Source: Octopus vulgaris
Lineage: Eukaryota
Direction: 5' to 3'
NCBI GenBank assembly: GCA_951406725.2
Contig: OX597814.1
Coordinates: 83,142,001-83,206,000, forward strand
Length of the DNA: 64,000 nucleotides
A program made the position numbers and the translations under genes. Below, piece by piece: positions 50,123-63,744 of the stretch. Position 1 is the first letter of the stretch. Each line of letters begins with the position of its first letter. Under the pieces are notes generated by a model, which saw nothing but the letters and a program-made list of their open reading frames with translations, ran no database searches and was not told the origin of the DNA.

Positions 50123-52309
50123 AGTATGAGGAATCAATCAAGTACTGACTATAAGGCCATAATTTGTGAAAGTGAACAGTTGATAGAATTAAATAAACAT
50201 ATTACTGGTGCTTATTTTATTGACTCTGAGCAGGTGTTACATTTAAAAGCAATGTAAAAAGACAACTAATAATCTCTTTATTATTATATTAAATGTCATA
50301 AGACATTTAATTTGACTTGTTACCATTTCTGTCATTCCATATGCTTTTGAATATACAATATTAAATTTGCTTCACATAATGTATATTTAATACCTGATAG
50401 GCATTCTGTTAGGTTGTCTTGTACAATATAACTTAGCATAATTTTATTTATCTTTTTACTTATTTATTTATATGGTTTTATTGGCATGTTGAAGAAGAGA
50501 TGTTGCTTATAGACTAAAGAGAAATGTTTCTTAAGATATAAAAAAGGAACATATGAACAGCATTGACACAGCTGGTAAGGTTCCTTGAAGATTAGGGGAT
50601 TGTATGTATGTATGCGAAACAGCAGTATTTCACAGGGTGGTATTCCACAAAATGAAAAATTGCATGTAATGTTTACTTCAGGGTTAATGAAGAGAATTTA
50701 GGATGCAGATGGCAAGACATTGTGTGTCAGATACAATAGCTGACTGATACATGTAGAATTAGCAAACAATGTTCTCTGTTGAGAATTGTGCAGCTCCTTA
50801 ACCTACTGTTCCTGTTCTTCATACGTATTTGACAACTTTTCCTATATTTCTTTCTGTCTTTAATCCTTCAAGACTCATTTTTGTTTTTATATATTTCTAT
50901 CTTTATTAAAATCAAATTCTTATATCCAAAACCATGATCTTCTCATGCTATATATTCCCTAGTCTTTACTTACTACAGATAATACACAACTATTTTTACT
51001 CCATTATTTTACTTTGTTTTTATTTTTTACATTTTATGCACATAATGGAAAAAATAATGTAGTTATTTCAAATTTTTGACTAATTCAGTATATTCTCTCC
51101 TTCTCCCAAGACATGTTATTTGATACTTCACTTGCTAAGAAATATATATTTATCATCGTTGTCATCATCATCATCTATTTTTGTTAGCTAACATGGGTTG
51201 GATGCATCTGCTACATAACACTGCTCTAACATATACTTAATTCTATTTTGAACATTAATCTGAAAGTTTTGATATGGAATTAAACTTTGAATAAAGCATG
51301 TACGTATGTTGGAGTGCAACTTTTCATTGATCTTCATTGTTTACTCATTTTGCTTAACACTTTACACATATAGTTAAGAAAGCATCAGTATTTATATCAA
51401 AAGATGGGTAACAAATGATCACCAGTGTATATATCTTTCACTATTTATTTGCATTCCTCCATCATGTGTTTGACTCTCTCACAGTTTATTTTGCCTTTCA
51501 TGCTTCTGATGTTAATGGTAAAAAAGCACCTGTACTATACTAGATTCTTTCATGATGCTATCATTCCCATTCAAAAGCTGACCCCTTGAAAACTCAATGA
51601 AACTCAGTATTTGTGAAAATGAAATAGTTTCAAAGCTTTTAAGATATTATTTCTGACTTTGGTCTCACAATTTCAGGTTACATATTGAGCTGAGATGGTA
51701 ATTCATGTCTGCATGAGATTCCATCAACTCAATCTTTTTGCCATTAATCATTCTGATATTCCAAACATATAGTCTCTGTAGTCATTCAGCTGCTATAAAT
51801 AACAGCCAAATACTATTTAGTCATATCCTAAAACATTAAAAAGAGGACACATTGAATTGTGTACTCCAAGTGTGTGCATGTGGGGGAAATGAGGTAGTCA
51901 AAACTGAACTGAAGTTATTTTGATTATAAGTCTGTTTGATTAGAGCCAACCAGGTGCTACATTTTATCTTGTTATAGCTCTTGGTTAGTCAAGAAAATTC
52001 TGTTAAAGCAAGTCAATGATGATATTAAGAAAAACTTTACAGGAAGATTTGTTATATCATTATAGAACATTTTGACTTGCCAGTTTCTCAGCAAATGAAG
52101 TTACTATTGAGTTCCATCAAATTTAAACATTTTCTAAAAAATTCTAACTGTAATTAACACAAATTTTAGAGACAATGTCCTGAAATATATTAGTTTATAG
52201 AAATCTATCTCAGAAAATGTGACTAATATTGTCTGATTGATTGAATTGATACTGTGAGAATTATTTTGTAGGTGTAGTGAGTTCACTTGAGTTAGGTATT
52301 TTCACTTCC

Positions 52310-52512
52310 GTTAGCATTCAGATTATTTTATGAAGTGTAATGCTTATTGATTCACAGTGTTTTGATTTAATCCTGAATTACCTTGTAGCTTCAAGATTTT
52401 GATAATGTGGTTGCTTATTTTTAGAATGACATTATGTTTGAGAGGCTGAATTTGGCCAGCTTGAGCATAACACAGGTAGAATACTTGGTCCTGATATGGC
52501 TAAAGGTTTAAA
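52310..52512 (+). mobile_element. MITE-like repeat (piggyBac-like 3' end)
   Basis: ttagcattcag...gctaaaggtttaa; inverted partial copy at 23705-23865. Confidence 0.6.
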
Positions 52513-55007
52513 GATTTAAACATCTATGTAGAGATGTTTCTCAATGAGTCTGTAGCACAGGAATGGTGAAAACAGAATCAATACATAATCTTGGGTAGGT
52601 AGTTTCTGAGTTCATTGATTGACTTGGCAAACTTAACCTTCCATGTTACATAATTCTCTTGACTTCCCAGTCATTATGGTGTAAAGTCATCTTCTGTTTG
52701 CTTCACTTAGGAATATTTCATTTAACATTTGATAATGATTTGTGATGGAAATTGGTTTTGGGAGCTAGGTATATGATAGGTTGTACCCAGGATTTATGTT
52801 TAGAGATCACAGAAGGTGTCTGTCATGGATAAGAGAAGTAACTATGAAGCTGGGGTTTTGGTAAAGTTAGTGGCAAATTCAATCCCTTAATTTACAGAAT
52901 GCAGAACAACTATTAATGTAGAGCACATAAATTATTCTATGTATTTATTATGAGAACAGAATAAAATATGCAATCATAATTAATGAAAATAAGCTAGTAA
53001 AAATTTTATCTGTAAAGACCTGATAAAGGGTGTTTTATCATGTTTCCCTTAGTAGTCACTGAACATATAAAACATCTTGAAATTAAGAATTAAGTTTATG
53101 CAGTAGGCCCAATTTCCAGCACTGAACATTCCCAGTATGTTAGGCTATAATGTTTTTCATATTGCTCTTTCTGGTGTCAGTATTATTTAAGTTTGATGTA
53201 TTTATTTATGCCAAAAGCAGTATAATGAAGCAAATATAAAATAAATGATTAAATTCTGCCTTTCTTTGGATTACTTAATTGAGATTGGATTAAGATATTA
53301 GACAGATTCTGTGTCAACATTAATGCTCTCCAAGCTTCTACATTGAAACAAAACAGAACTTTAAGAAGTTATATTTTTCATAGCAGAAGCAGCTGCAGGA
53401 TATGATTTAACTTTGATCTTTTAATTTTCTCTTTTAACTAATAGATTCTATAAAATAAAACAAAATCTATAATGTAATTTATGGGAGTTAGTGTCTTGGT
53501 ATCAAATCAGTCAATATCACTAGACTGTAAAAATAGGAGTAAAAAAAAATAGCTGTCTAGAGAAGATTATCTTGAACAACAGCTTTGTAATATTTCTATA
53601 GCTATGTCTAGATTCTTTTTTTTCTTCACTTTTTTTTAATATCAGTAATTTTATATCTTCAGTATTCTCACATTTTTTTTTTATTATAAAGAATTTTCAA
53701 ACAGAATCTTACATAAAGACCATATCATTCTTTCATTCTTTCAAAGTGAAAATATGTGTGTGTGTGTGTGTATGTGTGAGAGAGAGAGAGAAAATATAAT
53801 ATAATACAAGAAGATTCTCAAGGTATAATAATGATGTCCACTTTTCTGAGCAGGAATGAGATGGAGAGAATTTGCCATAAAATATTTAGTCATAAATATG
53901 CAGATATATATCTATATACCCCATGTATTCCTGAATCAAAACCAAGAGTCAGTTTTCATTACAGACTACTATGATGTTTAATGTGCAAACCAAGAATACA
54001 TATAGGTATGGATAATATGTGTATGCATATATATATATATATATATGCAAAGGGTAGGAGTACATCAAAAGGTGTATATTAGATGGAGATATATTAGCGC
54101 TCATACCAGATCAAATACTTAAAAATCCAACATCAAATGATGGGAGACATAATCCAGGTAAACATGAGTTAGCTATAGGAAATGCATTAGTTGAGCTAAT
54201 GAAAGTAGCTTATATGCACATACATATGTGTGTGTGTGTATAAATATATGCAAGCTTCCATCAATCTAGTTTGGTCGCTAATCTTTCCCATATTCCGCTC
54301 TTGGGAAAAAAGACACTATGCAGTTATTTCAGCCACTAGTAATGGCAACCAAATTTCCATGTTTCCATGAAATCACATCCTACTGATTTGCAGGAACATG
54401 TTGGATTACATAATTCTAGGAAGCTTTTTGTATGTGTGTGTGTAAAACTTACTTCTAGCAAATCAAGTGACCAAATACAAGTGTTATTACCCCACAACAC
54501 CCTTACCCTTCACTTGTATGAAACATATGTACAGCTCAGGTGTGATATTATGTACCCTACTGAAAGTGTTGCACAACCTTAAGCTAGGCAGGAAGGTTTG
54601 TTGCACATGTTTTGTTGTTTCTAGCTAAAACACACCTTCCTACATTGTTTCAATTCATTTAATGTTGGAAATAGCTATTAATGTATTAAATCATTTGGGA
54701 ATGTTACCTGCTATAGACAGGCATCTTATTGAAGATAAAGTCCATTCCTAGTTTACATAAAAATATGAAATCAGTGCAAAGCTCTACAGCCCATTATAAT
54801 CCCATCAGTACTTAAGAAGCAAACTGCTACAGGTTAAATCCTGAGGTTGTCAGATTATAAAGCTGTCCCTTTTATCATTATTATAATATTAACTATTAGC
54901 TTTTTTTCCATGTCATGCAAATTGCCATACTTAATTTCAGATATTGGCTGTTCTTGCAATGTATATAATGACCTAAGCTTATTTTTTGTATTTGACATAT
55001 TTACCAA

Positions 55008-55111
55008 TGGCAAGTGTCTTCTGCTATAGCCCCAGACCAACCAAAGCCTTGTGAGTGGATTGGTAGACAGAATATGAAAGAAGCTTGTCACCCATGTATG
55101 TTTGTGTTTGA

Positions 55112-55143
<32 letters not shown>

Positions 55144-55370
55144 ACATGTGTGTCTGTGTATGTGTGTCTTTGCTTTTGGCCTCTTACTGCCACTTGAGGG
55201 CAGGTGTTAGTTTATGTCCTTGTAACTGATCATTTCAGTAAAAGAACCCTCTAGAATAAGTGCTTGACTTTAAAAAAATAAGTACTAGGTTCAATTTATT
55301 TGACTAAACCCTTCAAGGTGGGAGCCTAGTGTAGCAGATGTCCAATGACTGAAATAATTTAAAGAAAAGA
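55008..55370 (+). mobile_element. 5'-truncated SINE family A copy
   Basis: ggcaagtgtcttctgctatagccc...central (TG)n...aatgactgaaa tail. Confidence 0.82.
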
Positions 55371-55579
55371 AAACCTACATTTTCTCAGTTCTGAGAACAC
55401 CTGTTTATCAAACGTAGTTTTTAAAGTACCTAGTTTGTTTTAGTTTTATTATTTTCTTTCGTAATTAGGTCACACTCCTGAACTTTTTTCTGCTGTTTTA
55501 GGTAAATGAATTAGTATTTTATGGGCCATTTTGTTTTTTCAGTCTTGATATTGTATTCAAAGAACATAGGAATAAGTTC

Positions 55580-55760
55580 TTTCTGGTATTTGTTCTAGCT
55601 TTTTCACATTCTGAGTTCAAATCTCACCAAATTTAACTTTGCTTCTCATCCTTTCATGGTCAATATAGTAATGTACTCATCAAGTATTGGGGTTGATATA
55701 ATTAACTAACCCCCATATCCTCAAAATTGTAGGCCTTGTACTTAAATTAGAAACTAATAT
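55580..55760 (+). mobile_element. SINE family C copy (5'-truncated)
   Basis: acattctgagttcaaat...aactttgcttctcatcctttcatggtcaata. Confidence 0.75.
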
Positions 55761-55955
55761 TATTAATTCTCCTGCACTACCAAAGACTGAGGGTTTGCAA
55801 TCACATGTGCCATATTTATTCCAAGTAATATCTGTTAATTCATTTCATATCCCAGTCCTCCATTTGATATATTTAGGCCAAAATAAGAAGGAAATATTGT
55901 GAGAAATTCCAAATGCCTGAATGAATAAAATGTCATTGCCTACTACCAACTAATA

Positions 55956-56434
55956 TCTCCTCAAAGACATACAGCATCTCGAAAGAGTCCAGAAGCTGGC
56001 TACCCGCATGGTTCATGGTCTCAAAAATTTGTCCTACGAAGAAAGGCTGAGGACGCTCGACCTTTATTCTCTTGAAAACGCCGCCGCCGTAGTGATCTCA
56101 TTCTCGCCCAGAACATCATAAGCGGAAAGTGTGACCTCTCGAAAGAGCTGTTCTTCACTCCTGCTCCAGAGCGTCGGCTACGGGGTCATTCCGAAAAGCT
56201 CTACCTGCGACGATTTCATCTCAATCGAAGGAGAGGAGCTTTCTCCGTCCGGGTTGTGGATCCGTGGAACAAGCTGCCAGATGAGATGGTGAAGACGCCA
56301 ACGACCGCTTTGTTCAAAGCCTCCCTGGACCTCGAGTGGCCTGAACTCTTTACATGAACACCACCCTGTACTTAACTCCATGTCCCCCTACATGGCCTTG
56401 CTATTTGCTTTTGAGTCAAATTAACTAACTAACT
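55956..56434 (+). mobile_element. Young 5'-truncated CR1 LINE with (AACT)n tail and 8-bp TSD
   Basis: LLKDIQHLERVQKLATRMVHGLKNLSYEERLRTLDLYSLE/RRRSDLI...RLRGHSEKL...FSVRVVDPWNKLP...ELFT*; one frameshift at ~56077; aactaata at 55948-55 and 56435-42; CpG-rich. Confidence 0.95.
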
Positions 56435-57432
56435 AACTAATAGTATTACAGTTAAAAGATGCAATAACTTAACTGTTGACCATGTAGTAACAATGACAAA
56501 ATGTCCTTCTTGTGAAGAAATGCTTAAATGTCTAACATATAAAGGAAGTGGTCAACTGTCCATCATATAATGGTAATTTTCAAAAGACCAATGAAGTAGT
56601 GTTAAAGAGTTCCATAGTAATTAATCTATAGATTAGGTACAAGAAAATTATTTTGGCGGATACGAGAAGGAAATACATTAATTAGGTAGGAGCCTTACAA
56701 GAATGTAGTTATTCTAAATTAAACTATAAATTATGGTATTCTAAGTCCTTTAATCATTTTAATTTTGCATTTTTATTCACTTTACTTCTGTTTATTATTA
56801 TCATTATTATTTTCTTTTATTGTCAAGGTAATTACTTAAATAATTTCTGATTTATAGGTTTTTAATGAAAATGGTTTCATGTAGGTTAACTGAAATCTGC
56901 TTGGCATTGAATATTTAGCGACAGCCTCTGGGTAAATTCTGGAACAGTGTAAAAAAAAACCACATTGCATATGTAATCTTAGAATGTTTAAAATTAGTTG
57001 AGAGTCTATAGATGATGAAGGGTGACTGGTAATGGTTTATTGTTTATTCTGATTTTTTTACTACTAGAACAGAACCTCTTGGATAAACAGCTACATAAGT
57101 TAAAAATAGAAAAAAAAAAAATTTGTTTGTTCCATTAGAGAGACAAATAATTGTTCTTAAGTTTCCTAAGTCACATTTAATTTGATAACCAAAGAATTTG
57201 ATTAGAACTAATGGTAGTTATTTGTGACAAGCAATCAATTTCCTGTGAATACATTTTCCAAAAGCCTTGATAAAGTTGAGACCATTCTAGGTCATAATAA
57301 ATAGTTCTGCTGTAGCAGTTTGGAAAGGATAAACCTATCACTACATTGTACAATAGCATGTATATAGAAATACTTCACTGACAGGTGTCACATTGAAGTG
57401 TTAAACCTATTTCTATAATACATATTACATGA

Positions 57433-57477
<45 letters not shown>

Positions 57478-57575
57478 GAAATGATTCCTATTTCCTTTTT
57501 GTTTTGAATTGTGTCTAGCCACCTTCATTATTTTATGTATATATATGTGTGTGTGTGTATATATATATATATAAT

Positions 57576-58370
57576 CTTCATCATTGTTGTTTATCATCCG
57601 CTTTCCATGCTGGCATGGGTTGGACGGTTTGACTGAGGACTGATGAGCCAGAAGGCTGCACCAGGCTCAATCTGGTCTGGCAAAGTTTCTACAGCTAATG
57701 CCAACCACTCTGAGAGTGCAATGGGTGCTTTTTATGTTCCACGATCATGGGAGCCAATCCATGGCCCTGGCAATGATCACGCTCAGATGTGTTTTCAATG
57801 TTCCACTGGCGGTACTATCATCGGCCACGTCAGTGATTTTGATTTGATTTTACTTTCCTCAATAGGTCTTCAGAAGCAAAGTTTATTGTCCAATGAATGA
57901 GGAGTACTTATATGTGGGCCGGCTACACCCCACGTTTGGATGTGCTTTTAATGCTCCACTGGCTATGGTCTCATTTTGCTTGTCGGGTCTTCTCAAGCAC
58001 AGCATACCTCCAAAGTCTTGATCACTAGTCTTTGCCTCGGTAAGGTCCAATGTTCAAAGGTCATGCTTCACCACCTCATCCCAGGTTTTCCTGGGTCTAC
58101 CTCTTCCACAGGTTCCCTCAACTGTTAGGCTGTCTTCATTCGCAACATATGACCATACCAGTGCAGTCATCTCTCTTGCACACCATGTCTAATGCTTCTT
58201 AAATCCAACTTTTCTCTCAGGCTGCTTGCACTCTGTCATGTATGCACACTGAAATTACACACCCAGCAGAGTATACTGGCTTCATTCCTTGCAAGCTTAC
58301 ACATGTCCTCAGCAGTCATGGCCCATATTTCACTGCCACATAGCATGGCTGTTCGTACACATGCATATAT
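57576..58370 (-). mobile_element. 5'-truncated RTE LINE (ORF end, 3'UTR, (GAT)n-type tail)
   Basis: ACVRTAMLCGSEIWAMTAEDMCKLARNEAS...LREKLDLRSIRHGVQER*LHWYGHML..TVEGTCGRGRPRKTWDEVVKHDL. Confidence 0.92.
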
Positions 58371-59994
58371 GATACTACATGGCCCATTAAAACAAATTCA
58401 TTATCATGTTAGCACATTGGAAAAGTTAAATTCATTATCATGTAGAATGCTGCTAAAAAGACAAAACTTATTGTATGTTACATAGATTAAATTCATTTCC
58501 GCACTTATGTTTAGATGAATAACTTATGGGCCTGCAGCATGATGAAAATTATATATTCATTGCAAATTATAAAAAAATATATTATATTGTAAAAAGATAA
58601 AGAAACAATATTTTCTCTGTGTTGCCCAGTATAATGATAGAGCGATTGGAACAAAGAAATTATATGACATATTTATCTTGACAGAAAACGAGTAACCAGT
58701 AAATTATATCAGCGGTAACATTATTTGCTACGAGAGGAGATGGATATTAGTCAGAGTTAGCCACGATATACAGAAAAGAAAGCAAGAGTTCTCCGTTAAA
58801 GAATGAGAAGTGAACAAATTACATGTTTATAAAGAAAATAGTACAAATAAATAATGTAATATTTTGATGTCACTGACACAAATGGAATATAAACAAAACC
58901 CAATAGCTAACTTCCAGTTTAATCTTTAATATTTCCTCTTATACTGCAGCACATATTTTATATATACCATGTTTTTGTTGTATTTTATCTGTGACATTCT
59001 ATTTAATATACCTTTGCTTCCAATGTTTTGGATGTTTAACATCATTGAATATTTTTAGATTACTTCAATAATAATTTTGAACATATTCCATTGAAATAAA
59101 TATGTTTAAAAGTAAAGCTATTTTTTTTTAATAAAATGTTCTTTATAAAAACAAAAAGCATTTTAAAAATAATTCTGCAGTTTGAAGAAGTTTAATTAAA
59201 TAGAAAACTTTTAAAGAAATAGTCATAGAATAGTGAACAATTCATGGAAAACATGACACCAGGAAGAGATAAAGAAAGCCAGTTGGTGATGTAATCAATA
59301 TTTCCAGCCACAAAGAACCAACTTTCCACTAAAGAAATGTATTGATTTTTGTTTGTGGATATTTTGGAATCAAAGCAAGAAAAACATGAAGCAATTGTGG
59401 GAGGATGGGACACATACAGTTAAATGTTTTAGCCATTATTATAGATGACCAAGATGAGGAAAGTGTAGGATTAATTGTGTTAGTGTTTAGTTTTAACCCT
59501 CTCAGTTCCAAGTTCAAACCCAAATGTAAGCGAGTCACCTTTACATTTTACCATAGTAAAATTAATAACACAAGTACCACTATAATACTAGGTTCATTTC
59601 AGTTGATTATACTCTTCAATAATTACTATCAAATTCAATTAAATGAATCATTATTTTTAAGTAAAAGCCAGATATTATCATTGTTGAAATCATTTTCTTT
59701 CTTTTGATCATTAGATCAAAGGCATTTTAAAGCAGAATTTTCATATAGAAAGGACAATTACATAATCTGGTTCTGATCTGCATATGAAGTTATTTCCCTG
59801 TATTTCTTAACAAATGCTTTTGATAATGGCATAATCTCTGTCTCACCCCTCAATAAATCTGAAGCTTTATTCTTATTTTGTTAAATTTGCACCATGAAGC
59901 TCTCCTAAAATATAAACTCTTTCTGAAATATGGTTAAATTTTCTGGTTGAAGCTATTTTTGTTTTCTTGCTCCACTAATTACTGAAGTCTTGTT

Positions 59995-60410
59995 TTAGTG
60001 TCCACTCTTCCATACTCACATAGGTCGGACAGAATTTGTTGAAGTGGATTTTCTACAACTGGATGCCCTTCCTGCCACCAACCTTCACTTGTTTCCAAGC
60101 AAAATGATATTTCCCCATGACCAGACATGTTTATATGGAAGATTGGAAATGGACACTACTTGCATTTACAACAATTATGTGAAGTCAGTACAAGGAGACA
60201 GTAACACACACATGCACACACACACACACACATGCATGCATGCATGCATGTGCACAACAGGCTTTGTTCAGTTTCTGTCTGTCAAATCCAATCACAAGGC
60301 TTTGATTGGCCCAGGGCTATAATACAAGACACTTGCCAAGGTGCTAGGCTGCAGAACTGAAAAACATGTGGTTGGGAAGAAACTTCTTACTATATAGCCT
60401 TGTCTGTGCC
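59995..60410 (-). mobile_element. SINE family B copy
   Basis: Colinear with 12036-12450. Confidence 0.8.
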
Positions 60411-61521
60411 AAGACAAATGAGGTTAATGTGGTTGATGTTCTTCATGAATGACTGCAGGAAAAAACATATTACAGGGAGGGAATCTCAGTGAGCTGACAT
60501 TCTGAGGAGGCAGAATTAGGCATAGTAATCAGTGTAGGGCTTGAGAAGGTGAAGACTATGGGTGATGAGAGGAAGATAAACGAGTGAGATGGATGTGCAA
60601 GACAGAAGTTCCTGGTTAGTTCAGCTCTGGAAGTTAGTCTTATTCTCATTTAAAACTAATCAATACACTTTATGATACTAATGTTTAAGACAGAAAGGAT
60701 AAACAACAATGTTACAGCATGAAACCTCATCACCAATAGTTGACAAAGAAACAATTATAGCTCTAAAAATAGTAATCAAATCTCCCTCAAATTACATCTA
60801 ACTGCCTTACCAAAAAGGAAGAACAAATTCAATAATGTAGTACTAGATATACTATTTCTGTAAACAAGACTGAGGTCATGGTTGGAGAGTCTTTGCTTGT
60901 AGGCCTGATTAATCAAAGCTAAGATATAGCTAAACAACAAGAAATTCATCATAATATATAAAACCTCATGTTTCATCAAAAGTAAATCAGTACTCTTAGC
61001 AATTAGTTTTATTATTGATGATTGCCTTTAATTTCATCTGTTATTATAATCCGTATTTTTCCATTGCATCTTATTACTGCCTATATCTAATATCAGGTTC
61101 AGTTCTTGTTGCTATCTCTTACTTTTACCAATATCTCTTTCTTAGTCTTTTTTGTTTTCTTCTGCTTTCTATGATCATAACTAGTCACACCATGTTTGTT
61201 GTATTTGCTCTGTTTGTCCATTCTCCCTATATCATACTAGCTCTTGAGTTCTCTCTTTTTCTCTCTGGCTTTCTTTCGTTCTATTTTTTCCCCCATACTT
61301 TACCTACTCTCTCTCTTTCTTTCTCCCCCACAATCCTATTCACTTTCTTGCATAGTTTCTCTTTCAAACAATACATTTTTTTCCATTTTATTCCTAGGCT
61401 TTTCTTTTTGTGTAGCTTTGTGTACAATTTATAGTATTTTTATGTGTGGTATATATGGTGTGCTATATCAGAAGATTCTGGTGTCTGTGTTTGCATAGTT
61501 TAGACACATCGTTTAAGTTTG

Positions 61522-62030
61522 TGTGTGTGTGCTGTAAGAGCATGTGTGATTATGTGCATATATTAAAATCAGGATAAATTTGATGGTAGCCACAGTCGTT
61601 CGCCTGAGGACAATATATTTAATTTGACAGGTCATTAAGAGAAATGATTCCACAAAATGAAACCCAGTCCCAGTAGTCACATGCAAGTTGATTTATTTAT
61701 AAACCATAAAATGTATCATTCAGTTTTTTCAAAAATATATTCAATTAAGGACTGTAACTAATGCTATCATCTTCCATTTTTTGAGGAAACTTCACTACCA
61801 ATGTTTTACCTCTCAATGGAGTGAGAATGTCCACTATAATCTGTAGTGGATGTATAGGTAAAAAACAGCTGAGTGTGTGTTGTAAGAGTATATGTGTTGA
61901 TATGTGCATTTATGAAAATCAATCAAAATTCGATGGTAGCCACCTTTGTTTGTCTGAGGACAATATATTTGATAGAACATTAAAAGAAATGATTCTACGA
62001 AATAAAACCCAGTAGTTACAATGCAAGTTG
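61522..62030 (+). repeat. Diverged ~165-bp direct duplication (61522-61690 and 61873-62030)
   Basis: Shared tgtaagag..gatggtagccac..ctgaggacaatatattt..agaaatgattc..aaacccagt..atgcaagttg. Confidence 0.85.
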
Positions 62031-62395
62031 GCAATTTCCTCAGAGCTGTCCAGATGGCAGCATATTTGTTTTCACAGTGGAGCTTGTTGAATTCTTCAGC
62101 TTTGGGCTCAATGTGTGTTTCTAGTGCATCATTGTATGTATCAAGTGTAACTTCAGCTGAACTGAGGTTCCTTTCAACATTCCAAATAGACCAAGATTGA
62201 TGCATCTGTACTGCTTTCTTCAGATCTTCTTTGGCTTTTGTTACTATTTCATTGGAAGCAGTGGTTTGTATGTTGTTTCCCTATATCCCTGTTGGATGTG
62301 GTTAGGGTGTCTTATTCTTATGCCTGTCACAAAGAGTGAAGAATATGTTGCATACTGCAACTGTACTTCTTGGACAGGTTAGCATCATCTGTAAA
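62030..62395 (-). mobile_element. RTE-X-like LINE fragment (linker between endonuclease and RT)
   Basis: ASNEIVTKAKEDLKKAVQMHQS..NLSSAEVTLDTYNDALETHIEPKAEEFNKLHCENKYAAIWTALRKL resembles the helical linker ending NKxxxAW of RTE-X ORFs. Confidence 0.55.
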
Positions 62396-63217
62396 TACAA
62401 TTTCACTTCTAAGTTAATCAGAAGTGAGCTTATGGATGCATGATGTGAAAAATAGACTATTAGAAAGATAAAAGCAACAAAATTTACAACAGAGGTGTTT
62501 CTGTCAATAGCAATTGAAAGATTATATTATTTTAAAGAAGTGATTTAGTTTTTTTTCTAATTCTGTCTGTTTGCTGTAGATTTGTAAGTGCGAGAAGATC
62601 ATTGCTGCTGTACAAACTGCACTTGATCATAGATAATTTCTTTTACATTTGCCTAAGTGCAATTTAGCAAAATCAGTCACTTCTGCCCAGTTACCAGCTG
62701 CAATACTGCCGTTTTATGTCAATATCTGATTATTATAATTAATTATTTCCTTTTATTTTCTTCTATTCATGGTCTTCATCATTCTGTAAAAAAATATTTT
62801 ATGTACATACTCAACTCTTAAGCTTACAGTAGGATTGTGTTCACTCTATCTACAACTTCATTTATTATTCTTAGTGACTACATCCACTTTTTTGTTTACA
62901 TTTCAATTTATAGCTATGAGTGTAAGGTATGCATACATTGTATATGTATATTTATATGCACACATTCATATATGTGAGGATATGCATGTATCTTGCATTT
63001 ATCCTTATATGTATGAGTTCACATATTTTTTGTAGTTACCACATTCAGTATTTTTTGAGATGTGTAATGTAGTATATGTGTATGAATGTCTGTGAATACA
63101 TCTGCATACATAAGTGTATGTGTATATACGAAGGTCAGTGAATGCATATGGAAATATAAGTACGTGTGTACATATATATCTATGTATGTTCTTGTGAGTG
63201 TGTATTTGTTAATGTAT

Positions 63218-63293
<76 letters not shown>

Positions 63294-63670
63294 AAATGTA
63301 TGTTTAAATGTGTGTGAATGTAATATATGCATCTATGTGTCTGTGTATAAGTCTATGGGTGTTTATATGTAAGTTACTACTTAAACTACTTATGTAGAAA
63401 TTTATCATCTGTGCTTAACATCTGTCTATTTCCCATATTTTTCTTTTCTGCCACCTTCATTTAAAATTTTGCCAACCCTTTAATTGAAACTGATACATAT
63501 TTGTAGTAGTTACTTCATTTACAAATTTTTTCTATGTCTTCCCCTCCTAGTATTGCTTTTCTGTGCAAGCTGAATTTCTATTCTTTAGTTTATACTTCTG
63601 AGAAAAAATGAATAAGAATTGAGAAATTGTACAACTGTCAGTTAAGCATTTTTATACACACACATGTATG

Positions 63671-63733
<63 letters not shown>

Positions 63734-63744
63734 AAAGTCACATG

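Noticed and set aside
57639-57670. CTGATGA-gcc-agaa-ggc hammerhead-like start
   Set aside because: No GAAA after stem II; lies antisense in an RTE 3'UTR.
61015-61498. Hydrophobic 139-aa 'membrane protein' ORF (also 1375-1722 and 22146-22421)
   Set aside because: T/C-rich low-complexity DNA gives F/L/S-rich frames by composition.
62580-62636. Strong acceptor followed by ICKCEKIIAAVQTALDHR*
   Set aside because: Too short, with no linked upstream exon or nearby polyA signal to support it.
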